Positions 11,292 through 22,244 of a stretch of 64,000 bases of DNA are shown piece by piece; the first letter of the stretch is position 1, and each line of letters opens with the position of its first letter. The stretch comes from Octopus sinensis. Lineage: Eukaryota. The position numbers and the translations under genes were made by a program. The stretch spans positions 17,297,360-17,361,359 of the forward strand of contig NC_043019.1 in assembly GCF_006345805.1 (NCBI RefSeq), read 5' to 3'. The notes under the pieces are model-generated. The model searched no databases. It worked only from the letters and a program-made list of their open reading frames with translations, and was not told the DNA's origin.

Positions 11292-12598
11292 GTAAGCACT
11301 CTACACACACACATAGCCTTATAGGTAAGCTGTCTGCACACACACACACACACACATTATATAATGGGAAGGTGTTAACAGTCCTGGGTCGAAATACCTG
11401 ATGATCATTGGATACTGTCTGATGATATTAATTTCTCCTGGCCGAAGTGTCATTCACTTTGGTGAGTGGAAATGAAGCACCTCCTAGATGCTATTAAACG
11501 ACATAGTCTTATAAGCGAGATGTGTACACAGTCTTATACGTGAGCTATTTACATTTTGGTTGTTCCATTTCCCTAGCAGTGGTTTCTCTTGTAACCATCT
11601 CAGATCCTTGCAATTTGAACAGTACCTAACAGATCTCAAGAATGTAAGGTCTCTGTGTTCGGAACTTATGAAAATATACATTACCTGCATCCCATCATTA
11701 ATAAACATCATATTTGCCATTTGACTTTGTAGAGTATTTTTACCTATTTCAGGTGTGTAGATGTGTGTGTTTGTGTACAGAATATATGTACACACACATA
11801 TCTTGCTAAAACAATTAGTGTTGGTAGGTAGGGTTCACTGTAATCAGTTACACTACAGAAAGTAGTGCCCCAGCATGGTCGTGGTTGAATGATTGAGCCC
11901 CGTACACGAATAAAAAGAACATATTCTGAAGAAGTGCTGAAACCTGAACGCTTCCAAATACATCAGCACCATCACTAATGTTGTAATAAAAGTAGCAATT
12001 TACCATTGGATGAGGGTAGAGTCACTACATGGGATGTTTTATTGTCACCGACAAAGAAATTGGATGCATTTGTGGTTGGGCGACTCCAAGATATTCCTTC
12101 CAGTTTTGTGTTGTGTGAATTTTGCATTTTCTGTTCACACTCGAGTTTAATGCTACCTTCACTCCCTGTTAAATTTCCCGCATTAACCGTAAATAAACAT
12201 GATATCACACACACACACACACACATCGTAAAGGAGATGGCAAACGTGTCTAAAAAAAAACCTGCCTCTCTTGTTTAGGTAGAACTCTGTGAGTTACCTC
12301 CCTTGTCACAGTATGTCGAAAAAGGAAAACCCCCCCCAAAAAAAAAGCAACAATGATTTATATATTGATGGCTAATCTGTAGCTGCCGCCCCCAGACCCC
12401 AGAAGAAAAACATATTACTTACAGCAGACCCAAAAGTGGTTCCCCTTTAAAAGCTTCATCTGGTGGCAACACTACCTATCTTTCATACACTCTCTATCTC
12501 GCTGTATTTTTCTCTCGGAAACAACTTTTACTCCTCCCCCTCCTTCACATACTTTGTGTAGCCAGACAGATGGAGATCAGCTCCTCTTTTATATCATA

Positions 12599-12962
12599 CT
12601 AGCACTATGACCCGGCATCGCTGGGTCATAGTGCTAGTGCATGCATATACAGCTGCGTGTGTGCACACATACATGCGAGTACTGTCCAAATCTCCGACCA
12701 ATCACATAAAGCTGGCTGGCATTCAATTGGTGTATCAAGTTTCAGGAATTTTGATTGGGTTTTGGATAGAAAATTCACAAAAAAGTCACTTCTATTGATT
12801 TTTTAATGGCTTTGCGGGGTGACTGGGGAAATATAAAGATGCGCACGACCACCCTTGGATGGTTTTGAATGACCATAGAAAGTGCGAGCCCTCTAATTGA
12901 AAAATTGTGGATTTGTATAAAGGACACACACACAGACATTTTGCCGTTTATATATATAGAGA
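12599..12962 (-). mobile_element. Non-autonomous Helitron
   Basis: Minus strand A|TCTCTATATATATAAAC start and ...CCGGGTCATAGTGCTAG|T end. Confidence 0.8.
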
Positions 12963-13105
12963 TAATAGAGATAATTGTAAGGTATGGGACTTGGTATAGT
13001 GGTAATTGACATGGGTTGTAGTTGACTTGTGTATCCTGGTTGTGATTGACATATAAGAAGTGTGATATGGTAGAAATAAAACCTTGCTCTTATGTTTGTT
13101 TTCAG

Positions 13106-13295
13106 TGCCTCAGGAGAATGTTTCCACAATCAAGGCCAGCGCATGTGTCATTGAAGGAGTGAGTCGCAGTAGGAATGCCCTGATCAATGGTGATGTCCAC
13201 CAGTATGACTGGGACTCTGGCTATACGTGTCACCAGCTTGGTAGTGGTGCCATTGTCGTACAGTTGGCACAGCCATACATGTGCAGTTCAATGAG
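13106..13295 (+). CDS. BTBD9: BTBD9 exon 8 (second discoidin-like repeat)
   Basis: ttttcag|TG; VPQENVSTIKASACVIEGVSRSRNALINGDVHQYDWDSGYTCHQLGSGAIVVQLAQPYMCSSMR; |gtaagt; phase 1 to 2. Confidence 0.97.
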
Positions 13296-14632
13296 GTAAG
13301 TAGGGATTCTGTGTAAAGTAATGGATGGTCAATGGGGGGAGAGTAGAAAAGAAAACGTGTGATATTTGATGTACTTTTAGATTCTGAGTTCAAATCTCAG
13401 CCTGTTTCATTTCCCCATTACTTCTCTGTAGGTTAATGAAATAAGTTCTGGAGTTGATGTAATCAGCTGCACTCATGTCTTGTGAGTGGAATTTGAGAGA
13501 TGGAAACTGTACTGAAGCCCATTGTGTGTGTGTGTTTGTGTAGCATCAGTGTAAATCCTCAGATTTGATGGGAAGATATAATCAGTTGAATTGATCCCGG
13601 CATTTGACTGGTATTTTATTTACTTTGGAGGAATTAAAGAAAAAGTTGACCTTGGTGGGAGTTGACTTAGAATAAATATATAGGAAGATATCTAGACATG
13701 CTGTCTGTTGCACAGTCTTTCTTACCACATCTTAATTTCTAAAGGAAGAAAGGCCAAGTGGATGTGGATGATGTTTCAAATTCAGACTATAAAAGGCCAT
13801 AACTAAAAACCTCCGGATAATCATGATTTCAAATATAGGCAAAAGAATCTCAAATTTAGAGTTTCAGTGTGTAGTTAAGATTGATGTCCAGTACATATTT
13901 TATTTACTTCAGAGAATAATGGCAGGGTAACACTGTATAACATGATTTTTGTCCTTGGATAGCAACTGATATTATTTCCTATTTGCTTACCCTGAGAAAG
14001 TATGAAAAATGGTTAATTTTTCCTTCAAACTTTGCTTTTGTTGCATTTACTCAAACCCCAAAGAATCCCTCTTGATACATGGCTATGATGCTTCCTCACT
14101 ACTCCTGCTCATGATCAGAGATGCACATATTTTCAGCCACTAAGGGACATGCTCAAGTGGTTAAGGTCAAGCAAGTGACAAGCAAATCTGTGATATTTGC
14201 TATAATGATATTTCCGCTTCAGCAACTCAGTGCTGAATCTGTCTGAAATGTAATGGAAAATAGGTCAGTTTCAAAACATTGATGCCCAGGTGATAAAAGC
14301 AAAGTTTGAAAGGAATAGTAGTGATTTCTAGATGGAATCAAATAGGAAATAGACAAAAAAAAAAAAGAATAAAAATTTTGTTACTCAGTGTAATAATTCT
14401 GTCTCCTATAGGCAGAAGGTCTGAAATTTTGGGAGAGGATGTGAGTTGATTACACTGACTGCACTACTATACTGGAACTTATTTTATTGACCCTGAAAGG
14501 ATAAGTTGACCTTGGCAGAATTTGAACTCAGAACGAAAGTTGGATGAAATGCCACTAATGATTCTGTCAGCTTGCCACCTTAACAGTGATAACACAACAA
14601 CAATGATAATGATAATAATGATTCTGTTTCAG

Positions 14633-14740
14633 GTTATTATTGTGGGACTGTGATGACAGAAGTTACAGTTATTATATAGAAGTGTCAATCGATCAACAAC
14701 ATTGGGTGAAAGTAGCTGACAATCAACAGAAACCTTGCAA
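14633..14740 (+). CDS. BTBD9: BTBD9 exon 9
   Basis: gtttcag|G; LLLWDCDDRSYSYYIEVSIDQQHWVKVADNQQKPCK; |gtaagt; 108 nt, phase 2 to 2. Confidence 0.96.
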
Positions 14741-14970
14741 GTAAGTTAACAATATCTTTCTTGCTTTAATGGAAAACCAGGGCTTAGTAAGGACCCTATG
14801 AATCTCTAGGGTTTCATAGGGTCCTACTAAATAAAAGCTCTAAAATCTCATTGACTCTCTATCAAGTAAACCTCATGCTAGCAATAAAGCCTCTACGTCA
14901 GTGCTACTCAGCCAGGGTCCCTATGGCCCCTGGGTAGGTCCATATAAGATTTTTGGAAAAATAGAATCCA

Positions 14971-15407
14971 CAGTAGGAGTGGCTGTGTGGTAAGTAGCTT
15001 GTTTACCAACCACATGGTTCTGGGTCCAGTCCCACTGCGTGGCACCTTGGGCAAGTGTCTTCTACTATAGCCTCGGGCCGACCAAAGCCTTGTGAGTAGA
15101 TTTGGTTGACGGAAACTGAAAGAAGCCCGTCGTATATATGTCACACGTATATATGATTGTCACACGCTGATGAAAGGTAAACACCTTGAAACTCGGGTAC
15201 GTGTGTATCGTGTTGAAGACGGGGAGGATGACTCCCTTTCACAAATACTGACAGGACACAGATAGTGTGTCTATGGCCAGCTGGAGGAGATATCTTCCTG
15301 GGGCTACAAACTACAGTAGCATCCACCCTTATGGGTTAGCCATATTCAAATGGCAAATATGCAACACGATGTGTTACCGCTACTGTTTATAACTCGCTCT
15401 GAGATTT

Positions 15408-15457
<50 letters not shown>

Positions 15458-15675
15458 TATGCATGTGTGTGTTTGTGTGTCTGTGTTTGTCCCCCTAGCA
15501 TTGCTTGACAACCGATGCTGGTGTGTTTGTGTCCCCGTCACTTAGCGGTTCGGCCAAAGAGACCGATAGAATAAGTACTGGGCTTACAAAAGAATAAGTC
15601 CCGGGGTCGAGTTCCTCGATTAAAGGCGGTGCTCCAGCATGGCCGCAGTCAAATGACTGAAACAAGTAAAAGAGA
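14971..15675 (+). mobile_element. SINE family A split by an insertion of about 270 bp carrying the hammerhead
   Basis: Head 14971-15140, foreign sequence about 15141-15410, then (TA)n and tail to about 15675. Confidence 0.85.
15161..15205 (+). ncRNA. Minimal type I hammerhead ribozyme motif (intact core)
   Basis: CACACG-CTGATGA-AAGGT(AAAC)ACCTT-GAAAC(TCGG)GTA-CGTGTG: 6-bp stem I, 5-bp stem II, all conserved core bases, GUA cleavage triplet. Confidence 0.85.
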
Positions 15676-15902
15676 ATGAGAAAAAAGAGGCAAAAATTAG
15701 TTGAGAACTCCTGGTTTACATAGTTTTTTGGCCTGCTTTAAACAACAACTAAATTGTTCAGAATGCACACTACAGTGAGTTTGAAGAGAAAATCTAGGTT
15801 TCCTGTGGTTGCCTTGGCTACAGGAACAACATTACCCCAGTATCAGCTTTCTAGAGCAAAAATAAAATTGAAATGAAATAAAACTACATTCCTTATTTTC
15901 AG

Positions 15903-15981
15903 ATCCTGGCAGACAATTGTTTTTGAGAGAAGACCTGTCGCTTTTGTGAAGATAGTCGGTACTCGCAATACAGCAAATGAA
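15903..15981 (+). CDS. BTBD9: BTBD9 exon 10
   Basis: attttcag|A; SWQTIVFERRPVAFVKIVGTRNTANE; |gtaagt; phase 2 to 0. Confidence 0.95.
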
Positions 15982-16311
15982 GTAAGTGCAAACTTTGCTC
16001 TGTCTCTCGGTGTTGGTCACACACTCAAGGCTCCACTAGCCCAGTGTTATCAACTCACCTTAACCATTGCAAACCACCCTATTTCAAAACTCCAGGCCCA
16101 TTTTTGGTCTGATATTTCAAAGCTAACCAGGACAGTCTCTGGTCTGATGTTAACAGTTCACTAACACAACCCCTTGTGTTCCAAAGAGGTCCTTAATATA
16201 AGAATCGATAAGAAAGATCCAGTTTTAGTGCTGTAGTCCTGTGGTTAAGATTTCCACATGCAATCAATTGGATATAGGTTCAATTCCACTTTGCAAAACT
16301 GTCTTAATAAT

Positions 16312-16640
16312 AATAATATAATAATAATAAAACATTGTGTACAGTGCTCAGGTGCACTACAACTTATCTAAAGTGTATGTAAAGTACATAGGGTAATGTA
16401 CAAGCGTCAGGAAAAGAACAGTGCATGAGTCATGACATACACATATGTGTATGAGTATGGAAGGGGGACAATCAGGTGTAGTTTCGGCGGATTTCGGAAA
16501 GCATGAGGGCCTTAAAGGATGCAGTGTCATGGCAGTCAACAACTGACGCAGGCAGTTTGTTCCATGCTTCAGCAACTTTGAAAGCCTTAGATTAACCAAT
16601 GCTCTGATCGTGACATTTCTGTGGAAGCCATTCAGAAGTA
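16312..16640 (-). mobile_element. LINE 3' end (CR1/L2-like) with (TTA)n tail
   Basis: About 190 bp match 36170-36364 with 4 differences by eye; third, older copy at 36468-36730. Confidence 0.7.
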
Positions 16641-17002
16641 TGTGTGTGTGTATACATGCAGACACATGGTTATATGGTGAAGAACTATATGAAAACCTAG
16701 GCAAACCAATGCATTGTGAATGAAAATAATAGGTTAAAATGACAAGAAAACTCGTGTGTATTCACACACGCATTCAGATGTTTGTGAGCATAAACACCAC
16801 TTCAGTGTTTTGTCATTAGCACTGCTTAACTGAAAGACTGAGAAATTGTTGATTTTCTCCAGTGAACAGATGCCCCGTACATGTGGGAGAGAGTGGAATG
16901 GAAAAGTAGCTGAACTGAAAACAAAAGAAACAAGTCACGGTTGTGTAGTGTGTGTTAGTGTGTTCAACAATGGTTGATGTGTTAACAGAATGTAAGGGTC
17001 AT

Positions 17003-17236
17003 AAGGCGGCGAGCTGGCAGAAACGTTAGCATGTTGGGCGAAATGCTTTGCGGTATTTCGTCTGTCGCTATGTTCTGAGTTCAAATTCTGCCAAGGTCGA
17101 CTTTGCCTTTCATCCTTTCAGGGTTGATTAAATAAGTACCAGTTACACACTGGGGTCGATGTAATTGACTTTATCCCTTTGTCTCTCCTTGTTTGTCCCC
17201 TCTGTGTTTAGCCCCTTGTGAGCAATAAAGAAATAA
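17003..17236 (+). mobile_element. SINE family B
   Basis: Full plus-strand copy in BTBD9 intron 10. Confidence 0.85.
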
Positions 17237-17272
17237 GAATATAAGGATCATGTTAAGATGTAGTGAACACAT

Positions 17273-17660
17273 ACTCTTTTACTTGTTTCAGTCATTTGAC
17301 TGCGGCCATGCTGGAGCACCGCCTTTAGTCCAGCAAATCGACCCCGAGACTTATTCTTTGTAAGCTCAGTACTTATTCTATCGGTCTCTTTTGCCGAACC
17401 GCTAAGTGACGGGGACATAATCACACCAGCATCGGTTGTCAAGCAATGCTAGGGGGACAAACACAGACACACAAACATACATATATATACATATATACGA
17501 CAGGCTTCTTTCAGTTTCCGTCTACCAACTCCACTCACAAGGCATTGGTCGGCCCGGGGCTATAGCAGAAGACACTTGCCCAAGATGCCACGCAGTGGGA
17601 CTGAACCCGGAACCATGTGGCTGGTTAGTAAGCTACTTACCACACAACCACTCCTGCGCC
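17273..17660 (-). mobile_element. SINE family A
   Basis: Reverse complement of 468-853, full length. Confidence 0.9.
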
Positions 17661-18096
17661 ACTCATGTTTACAATAAATGTCTTGTGGTAATAAGCAGCA
17701 TGGAGTATTAAATGTTGGTAGAATGCAAACATTTTTAGAGTCTCAAATGCATTTATTTGAAGGAAATATAGATTCCACAAGTCTCAGACTGGGCAACCCA
17801 TCAAGGAGAGCAGTAACTGAAGACAAACTAGAATCAGAGCAATAGGGAAGATTCTTGTAGTTTTGCTACCAGCAACTTGTGTAGTGATGGTGGCACAATG
17901 TGTCTGGTCTACAGTGTATGAGTGGTCAGCAACTGGAAGAGCATCCAGCTGTAGAAATCAAGCATGTGTCATATGGTCTCTGACATTCTATTCCAGTTTG
18001 GAAAAACTGACTAAAGATTGATGACAAAAGTTTGTGCTGATTTATTGTAAGCTAAATTAATGAATATGTAAAAAATTATAAATACTGTTTGGTATA

Positions 18097-18498
18097 GGCG
18101 CAGGAGTGGCTGTGTGGTAAGTAGCTTGCTAACCAACCACATGGTTCCGGGTTCAGTCCCACTGCGTGGCATCTTGGGCAAGTGTCTTCTGCTATAGCCC
18201 CGGGCCGACCAATGCCTTGGATGTGGATTTGGTAGATGGAAACTGAAAGAAGCCTGTCGTATATATGTATATATATATAAGTGTGTGTGTATATGTTTGT
18301 GTGTCTGTGTTTGTCCCCCTAGCATTGCTTGACAACCGATGCTGGTGTGTTTACGTCCCCGTCACTTAGCAGTTTGGCAAAAAGAGACCGATAGAATAAG
18401 TACTGGGCTTACAAAGAATAAGTCCAGGGGTCGAGTTGCTCGACTAAAAGCGGTGCTCCAGCATGGCTGCAGTCAAATGACTGAAACAAGTAAAAGAG
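18097..18498 (+). mobile_element. SINE family A
   Basis: Full-length copy. Confidence 0.9.
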
Positions 18499-19072
18499 TA
18501 TATAACAAACACACTGCTGTAACTAGTTGTGCTTTTAACACCACCACCATAAAGTAAAGAGAAAGTCTCTACATAATTGCTTGACCTGCTAGAAATAGAA
18601 ATTAAATTCACCTCCAATTGTACTTACTGCTTTGAAAATAGATGATATTGTAGTCTGAGATAGAAGTGGATGCTGAAAAATTCCTGGTTTTGGGTAAAAA
18701 AAAATTTAAAAGGATCAATTAATTATGATTTTATTCAACATATTCCCCTCTCAGATTCACACACCTATTGAAGTGGTCCTTTAGTTTTTCTAAGCCCTGT
18801 GAAAGAACTTGGAAGGTTGGGCCTCCAACCAGGCCTTTCGCAAAACCCTTAAAGCCAGGAACTTTTCAGCAGCCCCTCGTACATTACACTTTAAAAAAAA
18901 AAAGAAAGAAGTAGGGATTAAAGGCTTGAGCAGTTCTATCCCTGGGTTAAATATCACCACCACTGTCACCTCACCTTATCACTTCGGCCATCATTATCAT
19001 CATTATTACCATCATCATCATCATCACCACCACATCAGTTCTTAATTCTTTTTTGTTTCATTTTTTTTAAAG

Positions 19073-19327
19073 GTTTTTCACTGTGTCCACTTTGAATGTC
19101 CAGCATTAACTATACCTAGTGATGAAGACCAACTTGCATTCAACAGCAGTGAAGTATGTGACACCACCACACCACCACCACCACCACGGCCAATATCACC
19201 TCCACCACCACTACCACCACCACCACCACTAACCAATCAATGGCAGGCAGCTCAGAACTCAACGATGACACTGCAGCCGGTAGCACTGACTCCGTGTACT
19301 ACCGACTGTCGGATGATAAGGTCTTGA
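19073..19327 (+). CDS. BTBD9: BTBD9 exon 11 (terminal coding exon; true stop uncertain, 19327 or 19338)
   Basis: ttttttttaaag|GTT; VFHCVHFECP... matches the BTBD9 C-terminal motif. As written it runs into a Pro-rich frame ending CRMIRS-TGA (19325-19327). The 11 exons total 1929 nt in one open frame. Confidence 0.85.
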   Translation, partial: VFHCVHFECPALTIPSDEDQLAFNSSEVCDTTTPPPPPRPISPPPPLPPPPPLTNQWQAAQNSTMTLQPVALTPCTTDCRMIRS

Positions 19328-19825
19328 GTACCATATGAAAGGAGGAACAACAACGGCAGTGGAGACCACCTGCTTTCCCTTGCATCACCCTGGTAACCCC
19401 AGCATCCCACACATCACAGACAGTATCCCACCTTCCACCAGTCATATCGCCTCCACCACCATCACCTCCACCACCATCATCCTCACCACCAAAAGCGCCA
19501 CAAACTTCCTCTTACTGCGGTTGTTGTGATCTGTCCTTGATTTTCAAGGTCTTACGTGGGTGGTTGTACATGTGTATATTATGAGTGTATATTATATGCT
19601 ATTATGTATATGATGCAATATATATATATATATATAAATATATGTATATATATATAAAACACACACACACATACATAGTGTCTACAACTTTTTTTTTTAT
19701 ATGATTAGGTTTTTGTTTTTTATTTTTTATATTTTTTTAAAGTTTGTTATTTATTTACAAAAAAAACCCCATTTGTTGTTGTTGTTGTTGTTGTTGTTGC
19801 TGTTGTTTATTTAAAATCCTATTTT

Positions 19826-20064
19826 AATAAATTTGGCAGATGTGAATTGCTTTTCAGTTTTCATGAGTTTTGTGTTGTGTAAAAGCTGGAGAAATTGGTA
19901 TCCAAGTATTCTGATCTCTTTAGGAATGAAAAAAAAAAAATAAAGATTTAAAGTGTGTGATAGGTTTGAAAAATATATATGTTTCCTTGTTTGGGATCTA
20001 AACGTCCTCCTTTTATAGAATTTAAGCCAGCAATTAACAAATAAACACACACACATAAATAAAT
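19826..20064 (+). terminator. Candidate BTBD9 polyadenylation signals
   Basis: AATAAA at 19826, 19939, 20040 and 20059, downstream of the stop in a U/GU-rich 3' UTR-like region. Confidence 0.4.
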
Positions 20065-20569
20065 ATAAATATACAGAGGGTGGGCCAAAAGTCACACACC
20101 AAATCCTTCATCATGGGCAAAATGCTTAGAAGTATTTCATCTTTCCTTACATTCTGAGTTCAAGTTCTGCTGAGGTCAACTTTGCCTTTCATCCTTTTGG
20201 GGTCAGTGAATTAAATACCAGTGAAACACTGGAGTCGATTTAATCAATTAGTCCCCTCCCCCAAAAGTTCAGGTCTTGTGCCTATAGTAGAAAGGATTAT
20301 TATTATTATTATTATTAAGGTGGCAAGCTGGCAGAATCGTTGGTTGAGGACAGGGGTTGATGTAATCGACTCATCCCCTATCCCAAAATTGCTGCCCCTG
20401 TGGCAAATTTTGAAACCATTATTATTATTATTATTAAGGTTGCAGGTTGGCATAATCGTTAGCGCGCTGGGCAAAATACTGATGAAACACTGTGGTGAAT
20501 GTAAATGACTAGTGTCCCACCTGCAAAATTTCAGGCCTTGTGCCTTTAGTAGAAAGGATTATTTGGGCC

Positions 20570-21128
20570 TTATCGAGACAATGATTAGTGACCGAGACCT
20601 TTGGAGATATACTGTGCTTGAGAAGACCCGACAAACCAAGTGAGACCATAGCCCATGGCCTATGCCAGTGGGTGTAACCAGCCCACTTATTGAATACTTC
20701 TCATTCATTGGACAATGAACTTTGCTTGCAAAGACCTATTGAGGCAAGTGAAATCAAAATTACTGACGTGGCTGATGACAGTTACACCTGATTGGCACTC
20801 GTGCCAGTGGAACGTTAAAAGCACATCCGAGCATGATTATTGCCAGGGCCATGGATTGGCTCATGTGCAGGTAGCATGTAAAAAAAACACCTTTTGAGCG
20901 TGGTTGTTGCCAGAACCGACTGACTGGCCCTCGTACCCGTGTCACGTAAAAGCACCCACTACACCCTCGGAGTGGTTGGCATTAGGAAGGGCATCAGCTG
21001 TAGAAACTTTGCCAGATCAGATTAAGCCTGGTGCAGCCTTCTGGCTCACCAGTCCTCAGTCAAACTGTCCAACCCATGCCAGCATGGAAAACGGACGTTA
21101 AACGATGATGATGCTGATGATGATGATT
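20570..21128 (+). mobile_element. Retroposon family E/F with (GAT)n tail
   Basis: ...GTTGGCATTAGGAAGGGCATC..CTGTAGAAAC...CCATGCCAGCATGGAAAACGGACGTTAAACGATGATG; related copies at 46961-47600 (+), 53611-53800 (+), 54705-55030 (-). Confidence 0.75.
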
Positions 21129-21520
21129 TTGTTCACCATGTATAAGTATTCATCTTTATTTTATTTTATTCAATTTTAGAAAAATTGAAGCATGTCTTTG
21201 ACAATTCCAAAATGTATTGAACTTATTTTGTGCGTGACTTCTGGCCTACTCTGTATATACAGACATTATCATCACCATCACCATCTTACACACTCAAGAT
21301 GGTCTGTGTAAGAAAGGGTACCCAGATATAGAAATGCAGCTCTGTGGCTGGCTTAGACTCTTTCAAACCACCACATGGGAAATGGACCCTGAATGATGAA
21401 TTCATATATACATGTGTGTGTATGTGTGTCTACCTGTATGTATGTGAATATACATGCAGCTGTACATGTCCATGTATGTATATGTATACATACATCTGTA
21501 TGTAAATATGTGTGTGTGTG

Positions 21521-21551
<31 letters not shown>

Positions 21552-21559
21552 TATATACG

Positions 21560-22095
21560 AGCAAAATGCCCCCTGTCCAATGGACGGTGCTGAATCATAT
21601 CTGCTGAATAAAAAGCAATCAGTGTTTTCTTTTCATTAAAAAATAATTAAGCATGCCTTTATTTCAATAAAATTTTTGGTTTTGTTAAAGTTAAGGCAAA
21701 AAGAAAACTTCTTGAGAAACCAAATAGTCTTTCCTTCCTTCATGCCAAGTTTGAAGAAAATATCTCTTTTGCATCTTACTTTTTTGGTCTCTTAAAAATA
21801 CTGCATTTTGTGGCATTATTTCAATCCAGCCGGCTTTTCTTTGCGCAAACTGCACGTACATTTTTCTCACGTACACGTAGTATTGATTGCAACAGCTGGT
21901 GTACTTGCATGTACAAATGCATGTTCCCATGGCTTTATTGATCACATTCTCCTGGAATCGAGTTTTGTAATTTTTTTCAAGACTTATACATGCCCTGATA
22001 CTGTTGGTATCTCCATATCAAATTTGAGCGCAATCGGATGGAGGATGCCCGAGATCCTAGAAGACACAGACATGGATTTTATATAATATATATAT
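21560..22095 (-). mobile_element. Helitron-like element; homologue at 55748-56140 (+)
   Basis: Reverse-complement similarity over about 350 bp; TATATAAAATCC start, CCGTCC-ATT-GGAC hairpin, mutated CTAG (CTCG / CTAA). Confidence 0.65.
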
Positions 22096-22181
22096 AATAA
22101 TAAGGGTAAATAATTTCTCCCACTATTTTGATGTCGCCTGGTCAAAGGTGGAGGTAGGTGGCATTTGATAAATCTATCGAA

Positions 22182-22244
22182 GATGGCGCTGATGAAAGAC
22201 ATGAAGCATTTTCTTACTTCTGATCTAGAAACATGTTCGCTATT
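22182..22244 (+). ncRNA. Degenerate type I hammerhead-like motif
   Basis: GATGGCG-CTGATGA-A[AGACATGAAG...CTTCTGATCT]A-GAAAC(AT)GTT-CGCTATT; 7-bp stem I with two G-U pairs, bulged stem II. Confidence 0.5.
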
